A stretch of 64,000 nt of DNA. It comes from Methylococcales bacterium (GTDB lineage: Bacteria; Pseudomonadota; Gammaproteobacteria; Methylococcales; Methylomonadaceae). This document shows, one piece after another, positions 50,203-61,707 of this stretch. A program made the translations under genes and the position numbers. Where the stretch lies: NCBI GenBank assembly GCA_026398935.1, contig JAPLRW010000271.1, positions 1,132 to 65,131 on the forward strand, read 5' to 3'. Under the pieces are notes generated by a model, which did not search any database, had not been told where the DNA came from, and was given only the letters and a program-made list of their open reading frames with translations. Each line of letters starts with the position of its first letter. The stretch's first letter is position 1.

Positions 50203-51936
50203 ATGTATAACTCCTACCAACAAAAGGCGCCACGCTCTCAACCGGCAAATCTGGATAAGCGCCGTAAAATCCTCTTGTATTGCATGCTCGGCGGCATGGT
50301 TCTACTCGTATTGCGTAGTATTCATTTACAGGTTGTCGAGAAGCAGTTTTTGCAGAACAAAGGCGTCATGCAGCAAGTTGATACCGTTTCTGTTTTAGCT
50401 TATCGCGGCAAAATCGTGGATCGTAATGGCGAGCCACTAGCGGTAAGTTCACCCGTGCAATCCATTTGGACTAATCCTCAGGAACTGCGCAAAGCCGACC
50501 CTAAGCAATTAAAACAACTGGAAGTATTACTCGGTTTGTCGGCCGGAAAAGTAACGCAGCTACAAGAACCTGATGAGAAACGCCGTTTTGCGCACATTAT
50601 GCGCAAGGTCAACCCACAATTGGCCGCTAAAGTTAAAGCCATGAAATTGCCGGGGGTATATTTTCAACGTGAGTTTAAGCGCTACTACCCTGCAGGTGCA
50701 GTTTCTGCTCAGATAGTGGGTTTTACAAACATGGATGATGCCGGACAAGAAGGCTTGGAACTGGGTTTTGAAGAGGCGCTAAAAGAACGCCCAGGCAAGC
50801 AGCGCGTCATTAGGGACGGTATCCAACGCATTATTGCTGAAGTTGAAAGTGTGCGCGAACCAGTTGATGGGCAAGATCTACAATTAAGTATTGATCAACG
50901 TATTCAATACCTTGCCTTCAAAGAACTACAAGCAGCGTTAGCTGAGAATCAAGCAAAAGCCGTTACAATGGTGGTGTTAGATGCGAAAACCGGTGAAATA
51001 TTAGCCGCCGCCAATCAGCCGTCTTTTAACCCCAATAGCCGTAAACACCCCAAGGGTACATCGTTCAAAAATCAAGCCATTACCGATGTATTTGAGCCAG
51101 GCTCGACCGTCAAGCCTTTTGTTGTTGCGGCGGCATTAGAGGGTAACTACATTGAACCAGGAATTGAGATTGAAACACACGGTTCATTTGCGATTGGGCG
51201 CAATGTGGTCAAAGATGTCCATAACTATGGCACACTGACGTTAACGGAGTTACTAAAAAAATCCAGCAATGTTGGCGCAAGTAAAATTGCACTACAAATG
51301 CCCCCTGACTATTTTTGGGGTGTTTATCATAAACTTGGATTTGGTGAAGCGCCCGAATTAAGTTATCCGGGTGAGGCGCGCGGCAGCTTGTCAGACTATC
51401 ATCATTGGCGTCCTTTTAATCAGGCTACGGTGTCTTTTGGGTATGGCGTCAGCTCATCCGTGCTGCAACTGGCCAAAGCCTACACTGCTTTAGCCGATGA
51501 TGGTCTACTGCATTCTGTCACGCTATTAAAGCGGGATACCGACGATCGAGCCGTACAAGTGTTTTCCCCTAAAACTGCACAGCAAGTAAGAGCCATGCTA
51601 GAAACCGTGGTTATGCGTGACGGTACAGCGTATCAAGCGCGTGTTGATGGGTATCGCGTTGCAGGTAAAACCGGTACAGTAAAAAAACTGGGTGAAGGCG
51701 GCAAATATACCGAAGATAAGTATTTAGGGGTATTTGTCGGCATGGCACCCGCTAGCAATCCACGCTTAGTCATTGCAGTTATGGTCGATGAGCCTTCTGC
51801 CGGTAAGTATTATGGTGGATTAGTGGCTGCACCTGCGTTTTCAAAGGTGATGGCAGGCGCATTAAGGATTTTAGGCATTGCCCCTGATCAAGAAGAAAGC
51901 ATGCCAATGTTATTAGTTAAAAAAGGGCCCGCATAA
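50203..51936 (+). CDS. ftsI: peptidoglycan D,D-transpeptidase FtsI (PBP3)
   Basis: N-terminal TM and PBP dimer domain, then transpeptidase motifs STVKP, SSN and KTGT. Confidence 0.95.
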   Translation: MYNSYQQKAPRSQPANLDKRRKILLYCMLGGMVLLVLRSIHLQVVEKQFLQNKGVMQQVDTVSVLAYRGKIVDRNGEPLAVSSPVQSIWTNPQELRKADPKQLKQLEVLLGLSAGKVTQLQEPDEKRRFAHIMRKVNPQLAAKVKAMKLPGVYFQREFKRYYPAGAVSAQIVGFTNMDDAGQEGLELGFEEALKERPGKQRVIRDGIQRIIAEVESVREPVDGQDLQLSIDQRIQYLAFKELQAALAENQAKAVTMVVLDAKTGEILAAANQPSFNPNSRKHPKGTSFKNQAITDVFEPGSTVKPFVVAAALEGNYIEPGIEIETHGSFAIGRNVVKDVHNYGTLTLTELLKKSSNVGASKIALQMPPDYFWGVYHKLGFGEAPELSYPGEARGSLSDYHHWRPFNQATVSFGYGVSSSVLQLAKAYTALADDGLLHSVTLLKRDTDDRAVQVFSPKTAQQVRAMLETVVMRDGTAYQARVDGYRVAGKTGTVKKLGEGGKYTEDKYLGVFVGMAPASNPRLVIAVMVDEPSAGKYYGGLVAAPAFSKVMAGALRILGIAPDQEESMPMLLVKKGPA

Positions 51937-53489
51937 TGCAATTACGCACATTATTGAATGGGTTTGCGACATGCAATCACGACGTTGCCATTACTGGACT
52001 GTCTTTAGATAGCCGTAAAATAAAGGCGGGACACGTTTTTGTTGCCTTAGCGGTTGCGGATCAAGCTGTCATCCAACACGTAAAGCAAGCGCTTGCATTG
52101 GGGGCATGTGCCGTTATTTATGATCCTAACGATACCGTTTTACGGCGTTGGCTAGCAGAACCAGCGCTGGATGCCTCCGAAAAAAAGCCCATTGATACGT
52201 GCGCTTTTATTGCCCTGCCCACCTTAGCATCGCAACTGGGCGCTCTCGCGGCACGTTTCTATGCACACCCCTCAGAAAAACTCGCTATTATCGGCATCAC
52301 CGGGACAAACGGCAAAACCTCTTGCAGTCAGTTTCTGGGGCAGTTATTGGATAGTTGCGGCATTATTGGTACGCTGGGATGGGGAGTATGGGGACAATTG
52401 GCCTTAACGGGCTACACCACGCCCGATGCTTTAGCAACACAAGCCATGCTGGCAGAATTCGTAAACCAAGCGCAACGCAACGTTGTCATGGAAGTCTCAT
52501 CACATGGATTAGCAGAAGGGCGCGTTAATGCGGTGCGCTTTAAAGGGGTTGTACTCACCAATATTAGTCGTGATCACTTGGATTTTCACGGCTCAATGGA
52601 GAACTACATTGCCACCAAGCAGGCGTTATTCACCCATTCAGATACGGAATTTGCTGTATTTAATCTGGATGATGCTCTCAGTGAGCAATTTATAGCGATT
52701 GTGCCGGAGCAGGTCGCCATCTGGGGATTTTGTATTTTAGCGACAACGATCAGCGGGGCAATGCATCGCAATGCCGCATTGGTAGGGAACAATAAACGTG
52801 TCTACGCGCAAAATATTAGTCACCATGTAGACGGGTTATCATTTGAGTTAGGCTGGCAAGATCAGCTACAAACCATATACGTGCCTCTTTACGGTGAATT
52901 TAATGTCGAGAATCTATTGGCAGTCGTCACGGTTCTGCTCGCCATGGGTCAATCATTGGCAGCAATTTCTGCCAATCTGCAACGCCTTAAGCCAGTAACA
53001 GGACGGATGCAACGCTTTGGTAATCTACACTCTGCATTGATCTTTGTCGACTATGCACACACCCCGGATGCGCTTGAGAAAGCGTTAATCAGCGCCCGCC
53101 AACATTGTCAACGCAATGTATGGGTAGTCTTTGGATGTGGCGGTGATCGAGACGCAGGTAAACGTTCGCAAATGGGGGCTTGCGCCCAAAAATATGCTGA
53201 CCATGTCATTATTACCGACGATAATCCCCGCTCGGAAAACCCTGCTGCAATTACGCAGGCTATTTTATCGGGCTGCCAAAGTAATTCAGGACAGTCTGCA
53301 GCGAATATCACCGTTATTCATGACCGTGAACAGGCCATTCGCACGGCAATAGCACAAGCGTCAACAGAAGACTGTATTGTCATTGCGGGCAAGGGTCATG
53401 AGCTATACCAAGAATATCACGATAAAAAAATCCTATTTAGTGACGAGCAAGTGGTTATGAACAGCTTAAAAGAATTGGAGGCGAGGTGA
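51936..53489 (+). CDS. murE: UDP-N-acetylmuramoyl-L-alanyl-D-glutamate--2,6-diaminopimelate ligase
   Basis: Mur ligase P-loop GITGTNGKTS and DNPR motif (TDDNPRSE). The order is conserved. Confidence 0.95.
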   Translation: MQLRTLLNGFATCNHDVAITGLSLDSRKIKAGHVFVALAVADQAVIQHVKQALALGACAVIYDPNDTVLRRWLAEPALDASEKKPIDTCAFIALPTLASQLGALAARFYAHPSEKLAIIGITGTNGKTSCSQFLGQLLDSCGIIGTLGWGVWGQLALTGYTTPDALATQAMLAEFVNQAQRNVVMEVSSHGLAEGRVNAVRFKGVVLTNISRDHLDFHGSMENYIATKQALFTHSDTEFAVFNLDDALSEQFIAIVPEQVAIWGFCILATTISGAMHRNAALVGNNKRVYAQNISHHVDGLSFELGWQDQLQTIYVPLYGEFNVENLLAVVTVLLAMGQSLAAISANLQRLKPVTGRMQRFGNLHSALIFVDYAHTPDALEKALISARQHCQRNVWVVFGCGGDRDAGKRSQMGACAQKYADHVIITDDNPRSENPAAITQAILSGCQSNSGQSAANITVIHDREQAIRTAIAQASTEDCIVIAGKGHELYQEYHDKKILFSDEQVVMNSLKELEAR

Positions 53490-54865
53490 TGACTATGTCA
53501 CTGGATTCAATAGCCGCTTTGTTAGGCGGCGAACTGCATGGAGCAACAACTAATGTTGCTGTGGCGGGTTTTAGTATTAATACCCGTACCCTACAGGCAG
53601 GAGATGTTTATATTGCTATTAAAGGCCATGTCTTTGATGGACATGATTTTATTGAACAAGCGGTGCAAGCGGGAGCAAAGGCCGTGATTGTGCAACGGCA
53701 CGTATCTACGACTATTCCCAGCGTTATTGTGAACGATACGCATCGGGCACTGGCACAACTGGCTACCGCTAAACGACAACAGGCGTCTACTTTGGTTGTC
53801 GGTGTCACTGGCAGTAATGGCAAAACCACGGCAAAAGAAATGCTTGCCGCTATTTTAGGTGTAAACGCACCCGTTCTGTACACCCAAGGTAATCTCAATA
53901 ACGATATTGGCGTGCCCTTAACCTTATTAAGACTGCAAGATGAACATCACTATGCGGTGATTGAAATGGGTGCCAATCATGCAGGCGAAATTGCTTACAC
54001 CAGTGCGTGTGCAAAACCAGATGTGGTACTAATAACCAATGTCGGCGACGCGCATTTAGAAGGTTTCGGTAGCGCTGAAGGAGTTGCGCAGGCTAAAGGT
54101 GAGATTATTGAAACCTTAAAGGCGGATGGCGTTGCGGTGCTTAATAAAGATGACCGCTTTTATAATTACTGGAAAACGCTAGCAGGAACACGTAAAAGCA
54201 TCAGTTTTGGTATCAGTACACGCGCCGATTTTAGGGCTGAAGCCATCCGTACTGAAGTCGTCGATAATGCTTTCAGCACTCGTTTTACATTAGTCACACC
54301 CTTAGGCGACTTACCCATTACGCTTAATTTAGCGGGACAACATAATGTATTGAACGCATTGGCAGCCAGTGCGGCGGCGAGCGCGTTAGGTATTGAGCTG
54401 ACACAGATTCAACAAGGCTTGGCGAGCTTGCAACCCGTTAAAGGACGCTTGCACCCACAGGTCGGACAGCAAGGCAACATTTTGATTGATGATACCTACA
54501 ATGCGAATCCTTCCTCCTTAAAGGCAGCGCTAGAGGTATTAATGGGCTGTAATGGCGAACATTGGCTGGCATTAGGTGCGTTTGGCGAATTAGGCGCGAA
54601 TAGCTTAGCGATACATGCCGACATGGCGGATATGATTAAAAGTTGCGGCGTTACGCGGCTGTTTGCAACGGGTTCTGACACACAAGCCACTGTCGATGCC
54701 TTTGGTTTTGGTGCGCAGTATTTTACTGCTCAAAATGATTTAATTGCAGCCTTAAACCAAGCGCTGACGCCTAATGTTACGCTTTTAATCAAAGGTTCAC
54801 GTTCTCAACGCATGGAACATGTGGTCGCAGCACTGATGAATTCAACAGGGAGTAAGCCATGTTAG
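53489..54865 (+). CDS. murF: UDP-N-acetylmuramoyl-tripeptide--D-alanyl-D-alanine ligase
   Basis: Mur ligase P-loop [13 protein letters not shown] 53489 overlaps the murE stop, and GTG 53486 is also possible. Confidence 0.95.
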   Translation: MTMSLDSIAALLGGELHGATTNVAVAGFSINTRTLQAGDVYIAIKGHVFDGHDFIEQAVQAGAKAVIVQRHVSTTIPSVIVNDTHRALAQLATAKRQQASTLVVGVTGSNGKTTAKEMLAAILGVNAPVLYTQGNLNNDIGVPLTLLRLQDEHHYAVIEMGANHAGEIAYTSACAKPDVVLITNVGDAHLEGFGSAEGVAQAKGEIIETLKADGVAVLNKDDRFYNYWKTLAGTRKSISFGISTRADFRAEAIRTEVVDNAFSTRFTLVTPLGDLPITLNLAGQHNVLNALAASAAASALGIELTQIQQGLASLQPVKGRLHPQVGQQGNILIDDTYNANPSSLKAALEVLMGCNGEHWLALGAFGELGANSLAIHADMADMIKSCGVTRLFATGSDTQATVDAFGFGAQYFTAQNDLIAALNQALTPNVTLLIKGSRSQRMEHVVAALMNSTGSKPC

Positions 54866-55941
54866 TGTATTTAACCGATTATTTGATGAGCTTTGGTGGC
54901 GGCTTCAGAGTATTTCAATACCTGACCTTTCGAGCCATTTTAGGCGCACTCACCGCATTAATGATTTCCTTAATGATTGGCCCCTGGATGATTCGGCGCT
55001 TAACCCGAAAAAAAATCGGCCAAATGGTGCGCGATGATGGGCCTGAAAGCCATTTTGATAAAGCGGGCACGCCCACCATGGGCGGCACATTGATTATCAC
55101 GGCTATCACTATTAGTACCTTATTATGGGCGGATTTAGGTAATCGCTATATTTGGGTGATTTTGCTGGTCACACTGGGCTATGGCGTTATTGGTTTTATA
55201 GATGATTATAAAAAAATATCCTTAGGCAATAGCGCAGGTTTATCGGCGCGCGCTAAATATTTTTGGCAATCCGCCATTGGCTTAACGGCTTCGATTTTTT
55301 TGTACCAATCCGCTTTGCTGCCTGCTGAAACGCAATTTATTGTGCCATTTTTTAAGCATGTGATGATAGATATGGGTTGGATGTACGTGGTCTTGAGTTA
55401 TTTTGTGATTGTCGGAACGAGTAACGCGGTAAATTTAACCGATGGCTTGGATGGTCTGGCCATTATGCCGACGGTCATGGTTGCAACGGGGCTGGGTATT
55501 TTTGCTTATCTGTCAGGACACATTAATTTTGCAGAATATTTAGCTATTCCTTACCTGCCGAAGGCGGGTGAGTTAATTGTTTTTTGCGCGGCGATAGTGG
55601 GCGCAGGTCTCGGTTTTTTATGGTTTAACACCTATCCTGCTATGGTTTTTATGGGCGATGTCGGCGCTTTAGCATTAGGCGGCGCTTTAGGTGTACTCGC
55701 GGTGTTGGTACGACAAGAAATCGTGCTGATCATCATGGGCGGTGTATTTGTAATGGAAACAGTTTCAGTTATTATTCAGGTTGCATCCTTTAAAATGACC
55801 GGTAAGCGTGTATTTAGAATGGCACCCATACACCATCATTTTGAATTAAAAGGCTGGCCTGAGCCAAGAGTCATTGTTAGGTTTTGGATTATTACTGTTA
55901 TTTTAGTTTTAATCGGTTTGGCAACCCTCAAGTTACGCTAA
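54859..55941 (+). CDS. mraY: phospho-N-acetylmuramoyl-pentapeptide transferase
   Basis: 360 aa, polytopic. Motifs [20 protein letters not shown] and APIHHHFE. Confidence 0.97.
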   Translation: MLVYLTDYLMSFGGGFRVFQYLTFRAILGALTALMISLMIGPWMIRRLTRKKIGQMVRDDGPESHFDKAGTPTMGGTLIITAITISTLLWADLGNRYIWVILLVTLGYGVIGFIDDYKKISLGNSAGLSARAKYFWQSAIGLTASIFLYQSALLPAETQFIVPFFKHVMIDMGWMYVVLSYFVIVGTSNAVNLTDGLDGLAIMPTVMVATGLGIFAYLSGHINFAEYLAIPYLPKAGELIVFCAAIVGAGLGFLWFNTYPAMVFMGDVGALALGGALGVLAVLVRQEIVLIIMGGVFVMETVSVIIQVASFKMTGKRVFRMAPIHHHFELKGWPEPRVIVRFWIITVILVLIGLATLKLR

Positions 55942-57369
55942 GTGATTATGAACATTGAACGTATTTCGCACACTTTAAAAAATGCTTTTGACTTGGATTC
56001 TAACTCAAAAGTCGTCGTCGTGGGATTAGGCATAACCGGAATGTCCATTGCGCGTTACTTAGATCAGCTGGCGATTCCCTATGCGATGGTGGATAGCCGC
56101 AATAAGCCGCCACAAATGCTTGAATTTGCAGAACAGCATCCGGAAATACCGGTGTTTACCGGCGGGTTTGATGCGGCGGCGTTTGCAGTGGCTACGCATT
56201 TAATAGTAAGTCCTGGTGTTTCGTTAAATGAGCCTGCTATTCAAGGCGCACTGGTTCGCGGCGCAATAAACTTAAGCGACATTGACTTATTTAGCTGTTC
56301 GGCAACGGCTCCTATTATTGCCATTACAGGTTCAAATGGCAAAAGCACGGTCACCACGATGGTGGGTGAAATGGCCAAGATGGACGGTAAAAAAGTCGGT
56401 GTAGGCGGAAATCTGGGTGTACCAGCGTTAGATTTACTGAGCACTGATACAGCGCTTTATGTATTAGAACTGTCAAGTTTTCAGCTAGAGCGCACCACGC
56501 AACTAAATGCGGCCGCTGCAACCATTTTAAATGTGAGTGCTGACCATTTGGATCGGCATGCGGACATGGCGGATTACACAAAGCAAAAACAAGTGGTTTT
56601 TAATGGATCTGGCGTGATGGTCTTAAACGTTGACGATCCACTGGTCAGCGCGATGCAAAAAGACAGTGTTAACCGTACGGTTCTTACGTTTGGCTTAGAG
56701 CATACTGCTGACTTTCATGTTGCCAGAGAAAATGGCGTTGCTTATTTGATGCACCATGACCAACAATTGATGCCGATGGCGGAGCTACCACTGGAAGGAT
56801 CGCATAATGTTGCTAACGCGCTGGCCGCATTAGCATTGGGGTCGGCTGTGGGTTTAAGCATACCTAAAATGTGTGCTGCTTTACGCATATTTAAAGGTTT
56901 GGCGCACCGTATGCAAAAAGTCGCTACCATTGAAGATGTTGCTTGGATTAATGATTCTAAAGCAACCAATATCGGTGCTTGTGTAGCCGCTTTGCAAGGA
57001 TACACGCACCCCTTGATATTGATTGCGGGTGGCGATGCCAAGGGTGCCGATATGCAGGACTTAGTACCTGCTATTCAAGCTAAAGTTAAAAGTATTATTT
57101 TAATGGGTAAAGATGCCGGATTAATTGAACAAGCCTTAAACGGGTGTGTGCCCGTTTTTTCAGTACCCAATATGCAACAAGCCGTGAAAGTAGCTGCGGG
57201 CATCGCCCTCGCAGGTGATAGCGTACTGTTATCGCCCGCTTGCGCAAGTATTGACCAGTTTAAGGATTATAAGGATAGAGGCGAGCAGTTTACGAGAGCA
57301 GTATTGGCGTTATCAAAACCCAGTAAAGATGTGCGCGCGAAAGGCTCGCGTGGCTCGGTTAGTGCATGA
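55942..57369 (+). CDS. murD: UDP-N-acetylmuramoylalanine--D-glutamate ligase
   Basis: Rossmann N-terminus VVVVGLGITG and P-loop ITGSNGKST. The start is GTG 55942 or ATG 55948. There is a slightly extended C-terminal tail. Confidence 0.93.
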   Translation: MIMNIERISHTLKNAFDLDSNSKVVVVGLGITGMSIARYLDQLAIPYAMVDSRNKPPQMLEFAEQHPEIPVFTGGFDAAAFAVATHLIVSPGVSLNEPAIQGALVRGAINLSDIDLFSCSATAPIIAITGSNGKSTVTTMVGEMAKMDGKKVGVGGNLGVPALDLLSTDTALYVLELSSFQLERTTQLNAAAATILNVSADHLDRHADMADYTKQKQVVFNGSGVMVLNVDDPLVSAMQKDSVNRTVLTFGLEHTADFHVARENGVAYLMHHDQQLMPMAELPLEGSHNVANALAALALGSAVGLSIPKMCAALRIFKGLAHRMQKVATIEDVAWINDSKATNIGACVAALQGYTHPLILIAGGDAKGADMQDLVPAIQAKVKSIILMGKDAGLIEQALNGCVPVFSVPNMQQAVKVAAGIALAGDSVLLSPACASIDQFKDYKDRGEQFTRAVLALSKPSKDVRAKGSRGSVSA

Positions 57370-57405
57370 AAATAATGACTGACAATCCAATAGGAGGCGA
57401 GTGAT

Positions 57406-58575
57406 ATGAAACAATACGTGCCGCGTCAGTTATCTTTTCAGGTTGATAATGTGCTATTAGTTGTCTGTGTTAGCTTGTTGCTCATTGGCTTTGTTATGGT
57501 GACGTCGGCGTCCTTACATCTAGGGACAAAAATCACTGGTTCTATGAGTCACTATCCCATTAGACAGCTTATTCATATTGGCTTAGGTTTGTTTTTTGCA
57601 GGATTAACCCTGACCGTGCCCATGCAGCGCTGGGAACAAATTAATAGCACCTTATTTATTGCGAGCTTGGCGCTGTTATTGATCGTACTTGTTCCTGGAT
57701 TGGGTGTAAAAGTTAACGGCAGCGTACGGTGGTTGTCGATAGCAGGTTTAAGAATACAAGTCTCAGAAGTAACTAAAGCCTGTGCTGTGATTTATATGGC
57801 GGGCTATATTACACGGCATTACAAAAATATCCAGCAATCCGCATTTGGCGTATTTAAGCCACTGCTGTTATTTATGGTGGCCAGCGTCTTGTTACTGATG
57901 GAGCCTGACTTCGGTTCTGCGGTGGTTATTTTAATTATCGCAATGGGCACCTTATTTTTAGCCGGTGCTCGTTTGGGGCAATTTGCTATTTTATTGTCAT
58001 TGGTTACTGCAGCAGCAGCTTTCCTAGTGTACTTCTCCCCTTATCGTTTAGTGAGGGTAACCAGTTTTATTGATCCGTGGGCAGATCCATTAAATAAAGG
58101 CTTTCAATTAGTGCAAGCTTTAATTTCATTTGGTCGCGGTGAGTGGCTTGGTGTTGGCTTGGGAAGCGGTGTGCAAAAGTTATTTTATTTACCGGAAGCG
58201 CATACTGATTTTTTATTTTCAGTTATTGCAGAAGAATTAGGCTTACTCGGTGTTGTGACCGTTATAAGCCTGTTCTCTGTGTTAATATGGCGAGCTTTTT
58301 TTATTGCCGGTCTTGCTGAACAAGCAGGGCAAAAATTTTCAGCATATATCGCTTATGGATTAGGGATTTGGTTTGGTTTTCAAACGTTTGTGAATATTGG
58401 TGTCAATATGGGCATTTTACCCACAAAAGGCTTAACGTTGCCGCTGATGAGCTATGGTGGCGGCAGTATGATTGTGATGTGCGTAGCGATGGCATTGTTA
58501 TTTAGAGTCTATGCAGAAGCGGTTGAAGTGATTGCAAGTATTCCAAAAGGTAAGCGCCAATGGCACAGCGGATAG
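57406..58575 (+). CDS. ftsW: peptidoglycan glycosyltransferase / lipid II flippase-family protein FtsW
   Basis: SEDS-family polytopic protein (PDFGSA, LPEAHTDFIF-like LPEAHTDFLFS, GLTLPLMSYGGSS-like). A strong RBS, AGGAGG, precedes the start. Confidence 0.95.
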   Translation: MKQYVPRQLSFQVDNVLLVVCVSLLLIGFVMVTSASLHLGTKITGSMSHYPIRQLIHIGLGLFFAGLTLTVPMQRWEQINSTLFIASLALLLIVLVPGLGVKVNGSVRWLSIAGLRIQVSEVTKACAVIYMAGYITRHYKNIQQSAFGVFKPLLLFMVASVLLLMEPDFGSAVVILIIAMGTLFLAGARLGQFAILLSLVTAAAAFLVYFSPYRLVRVTSFIDPWADPLNKGFQLVQALISFGRGEWLGVGLGSGVQKLFYLPEAHTDFLFSVIAEELGLLGVVTVISLFSVLIWRAFFIAGLAEQAGQKFSAYIAYGLGIWFGFQTFVNIGVNMGILPTKGLTLPLMSYGGGSMIVMCVAMALLFRVYAEAVEVIASIPKGKRQWHSG

Positions 58576-59615
58576 TAATAATGGCCGGTGGAACTGGCGG
58601 ACATGTATTCCCAGCCCTCGCTGTTGCACACTATTTACGTGAGCAAGGATGGCAGGTTACTTGGCTTGGAACGCAACAAGGATTAGAAAGTCGCGTTATC
58701 CCAGAGCAAGGCATAGAGATTGATTGGTTATCTGTTGCTGGCGTTAGGGGTAAAGGTTTTTTTGCTAAGTTTACGGCGGCCTTCATGGTGCTGAAGGCGT
58801 GTGCGCAAGCGTGCTCTATTTTACGTCGCCGTCAGCCACACGTAGTTTTAGGTATGGGCGGATTCGTTGCAGGGCCTGGAGGACTGATGGCTAAGCTGCT
58901 GGGTATTCCTTTGGTCATTCATGAACAAAACAAAGTGCCAGGAACGACGAATAGGCTGCTGGCGAAAATGACTCGCAATGTACTCGCCGCCTTTGAAGGC
59001 AGTTTTAACCCGACTGTAAAAGCACAGTATACCGGCAACCCATTACGCAAAGAATTAACGCATTTAGCAAAAAAAGAAGCGTGGCAAGGTGTGCGTCAAT
59101 GCAGAGTGCTGATTATTGGTGGCAGCCAAGGAGCGGCTATTTTAAACACCACCGTTCCTGCTGCTTTGGCACAACTCCCAGAGGTAGCCATTCGACATCA
59201 AACTGGACGTGCGATGTTAACGGAGGTTGAGCAACAGTATCAGCAATTAGGCGTGTCAGCAGAGGTGAGCGATTTTATCCATGATATGCGCGCCGCTTAT
59301 GAATGGGCCGATATAATCATTTGTAGAGCGGGCGCTATGACGATCAGTGAAGTTGCGGCAGCTGGCCTACCCGCAATTTTGATACCGTTGCCGAATGCCA
59401 TTGATGATCATCAAGTCGCTAACGCTCGAGTGCTTGCGGATGCTGGTGGAGCCATCATTTTGTTACAACAAAATTTAAATAGCAGTAATTTACTGCGTGA
59501 CATAAAACAGGTACAAGATAATAGTGTGATTATGTCAAATAATGCAAAAAAAGTGGCTCGTCTTGATGCCACGCAACAAGTCGCCAATATTTGTATAGCG
59601 CGAGCAAAACCATGA
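58560..59615 (+). CDS. murG: undecaprenyldiphospho-muramoylpentapeptide beta-N-acetylglucosaminyltransferase
   Basis: [18 protein letters not shown]-terminal G-loop and a GT28 fold. Confidence 0.96.
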   Translation: MAQRIVIMAGGTGGHVFPALAVAHYLREQGWQVTWLGTQQGLESRVIPEQGIEIDWLSVAGVRGKGFFAKFTAAFMVLKACAQACSILRRRQPHVVLGMGGFVAGPGGLMAKLLGIPLVIHEQNKVPGTTNRLLAKMTRNVLAAFEGSFNPTVKAQYTGNPLRKELTHLAKKEAWQGVRQCRVLIIGGSQGAAILNTTVPAALAQLPEVAIRHQTGRAMLTEVEQQYQQLGVSAEVSDFIHDMRAAYEWADIIICRAGAMTISEVAAAGLPAILIPLPNAIDDHQVANARVLADAGGAIILLQQNLNSSNLLRDIKQVQDNSVIMSNNAKKVARLDATQQVANICIARAKP

Positions 59616-61051
59616 ATAGACCTAGCCATTTTCTACCTCAAACATTAACCAACATTGACCGAATTCATTTTGTGGGAATCGGCGGAACAGGCATGTGTGG
59701 TATAGCAGAAGTTTTATCTAATCTTGGTTATCAAGTATCGGGCTCAGACATCAAAGCATCGTCTGTAACGGAGCGACTCGCCAAACAAAGCATTATGATC
59801 AATATTGGTCATCAGCGCGAGAATATTGCGCAGGTTGATGTTGTCGTTGTTTCAACGGCAATTGATCGAAGTAATCCCGAAATTGATGAAGCCTATTTGC
59901 AACGTATCCCCGTTATTCCACGTGCAGAAATGTTGGCAGAATTGATGCGTTTTAGATTTGGTATTGCGATAGCCGGTACGCACGGCAAAACCACGACCAC
60001 CAGCTTAACCGCTAGCATTTTAGCTGAAGGCGGCTTAGATCCTACCTTTGTAATCGGCGGGCGATTAAACAGCGCTGGCAGTAATGCCAAGCTGGGCCTA
60101 GGCAATTATTTAGTTGCAGAAGCCGATGAAAGCGATGCGTCTTTTTTGTATTTACAACCGATGATTGCAGTGGTGACCAATATAGATCAAGACCATATGA
60201 GCACCTATGACGGGTGTTTTCAGCGATTAAAAGACACGTTTGTTGAATTTTTACATCATTTACCGTTTTATGGCCTGGCTGTTTTGTGTCTGGATGACGA
60301 AGGGGTACAAGAAATCTTGCCCGCCTTGTCAAAGCCAGTCAAAACCTATGGGGTTCACCCTGATGCAGATGTCCGTGCCGTGGATATTAAGCAACAAGGT
60401 ATGAATACGTCTTTTACGGTGTTGCGCTGGGGGGATTTTAAGCCGTTGCGCGTGACATTGAATATGCCCGGCTGGCATAATATGCTGAATGCTTTAGCCG
60501 CGATAACGGTTGCAACCAATTTAGAAGTCAATGATGCGGCGATTATTAAAAGTCTGGGTGATTTTAAAGGCATTGGACGCCGTTTCCAGATAAACGGTGA
60601 CGTGGCGATATCTAACGGTTCTATCACTTTAGTCGATGATTACGGGCATCATCCGCGTGAAGTTGCGGCAACATTAGAGGCATTAAAGCAAGCGTGGCCA
60701 ACACGTCGCTCAGTCGTAGTGTTTCAGCCGCACCGTTACAGTCGCACGCGCGATCTTTTTGAAGATTTTGTGCGGGTGCTCTCTACGGTTGATATTTTGA
60801 TTTTATTGGACGTTTACTCAGCGGGTGAGTCCGTCATAGCAGCGGCAGATGGACGCGCATTAAGTCGAGCGATTCGCATACGCGGTCAAGTTGATCCTGT
60901 GTTTGTTGAAAACAGTGATGATCTTGCTACGGTGCTGGCAGGCATATTACAGCCAGAGGATGTGTTATTAACCTTAGGTGCAGGTAACGTAGGGCAAATT
61001 GCGATACAACTACCGCAACAATTAACGGAATTATTTCAGGATTACGGCTAA
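59612..61051 (+). CDS. murC: UDP-N-acetylmuramate--L-alanine ligase
   Basis: [16 protein letters not shown] and P-loop [12 protein letters not shown] 59612 (MNRPSHF..) is preferred over TTG 59591. Confidence 0.95.
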   Translation: MNRPSHFLPQTLTNIDRIHFVGIGGTGMCGIAEVLSNLGYQVSGSDIKASSVTERLAKQSIMINIGHQRENIAQVDVVVVSTAIDRSNPEIDEAYLQRIPVIPRAEMLAELMRFRFGIAIAGTHGKTTTTSLTASILAEGGLDPTFVIGGRLNSAGSNAKLGLGNYLVAEADESDASFLYLQPMIAVVTNIDQDHMSTYDGCFQRLKDTFVEFLHHLPFYGLAVLCLDDEGVQEILPALSKPVKTYGVHPDADVRAVDIKQQGMNTSFTVLRWGDFKPLRVTLNMPGWHNMLNALAAITVATNLEVNDAAIIKSLGDFKGIGRRFQINGDVAISNGSITLVDDYGHHPREVAATLEALKQAWPTRRSVVVFQPHRYSRTRDLFEDFVRVLSTVDILILLDVYSAGESVIAAADGRALSRAIRIRGQVDPVFVENSDDLATVLAGILQPEDVLLTLGAGNVGQIAIQLPQQLTELFQDYG

Positions 61052-61313
61052 GCGGCTGTTTTTATACACAGTAGTAATCAATAAAATAAGCGCGTCCCTT
61101 AGACGGTGTATTCATGCTTACTTAATAATAGCGAGCCGATGTATTGTGACATTATTATGCGTCGCGCCGAGCGTCCTTCTATGACGTGACGCGTACACCG
61201 AAACGCGGTAGTATGGTAGATTTTTTAAGCCTTTAAGGCGGTTTGAGTAATTTTAATTGTAGGAGTAATAACTATAGCATAGCAGATGTTTATTTATAGT
61301 CTATGCCTACAGC

Positions 61314-61338
61314 AAATTAATGCTTAAAAATTAATGCT
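61314..61338. repeat. 11-bp direct repeat AAATTAATGCT x2 (period 14) in the murC-murB spacer
   Basis: Copies at 61314-61324 and 61328-61338, read directly. Confidence 0.8.
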
Positions 61339-61505
61339 CCTGCCTTATTGTGATGATTATATAGGCGTGTTTGGATTAACACTCAACAGAACTTAACTGT
61401 TTAGGTTATCACGTACTATTTTAAATGTAGGATTAGTGGCTATAGCCGAGTAGATATAGGAATTGATTTCTTTACCAAAGTACTGATTATAAGTATTTAT
61501 ACGAA

Positions 61506-61534
61506 TTGACTCTTAACATTATATGGAATATAAA
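61506..61534 (+). promoter_or_regulatory. near-consensus sigma-70 promoter inside the murC-murB spacer
   Basis: TTGACT (61506-61511), a 17-nt spacer, then TATAAA (61529-61534), about 175 nt upstream of the murB ATG. It is followed immediately by AAAGTGGA, the same heptamer that opens the candidate MraZ operator at 48361. Confidence 0.45.
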
Positions 61535-61707
61535 GTGGATTATTATAATGGTGCTTTGACTTGCTTTTTAACAGCAAACCGTCCTTGGGTCATTTATGCA
61601 GTAATGGACAGCCCGCCCTTCGACGAGTTCACGATCAGCCATTACCGCGTCTTAAGGTGGCTATCCTTTTTATTTAGTGAAAGATCGCCTATACATCGGC
61701 TTAAATT

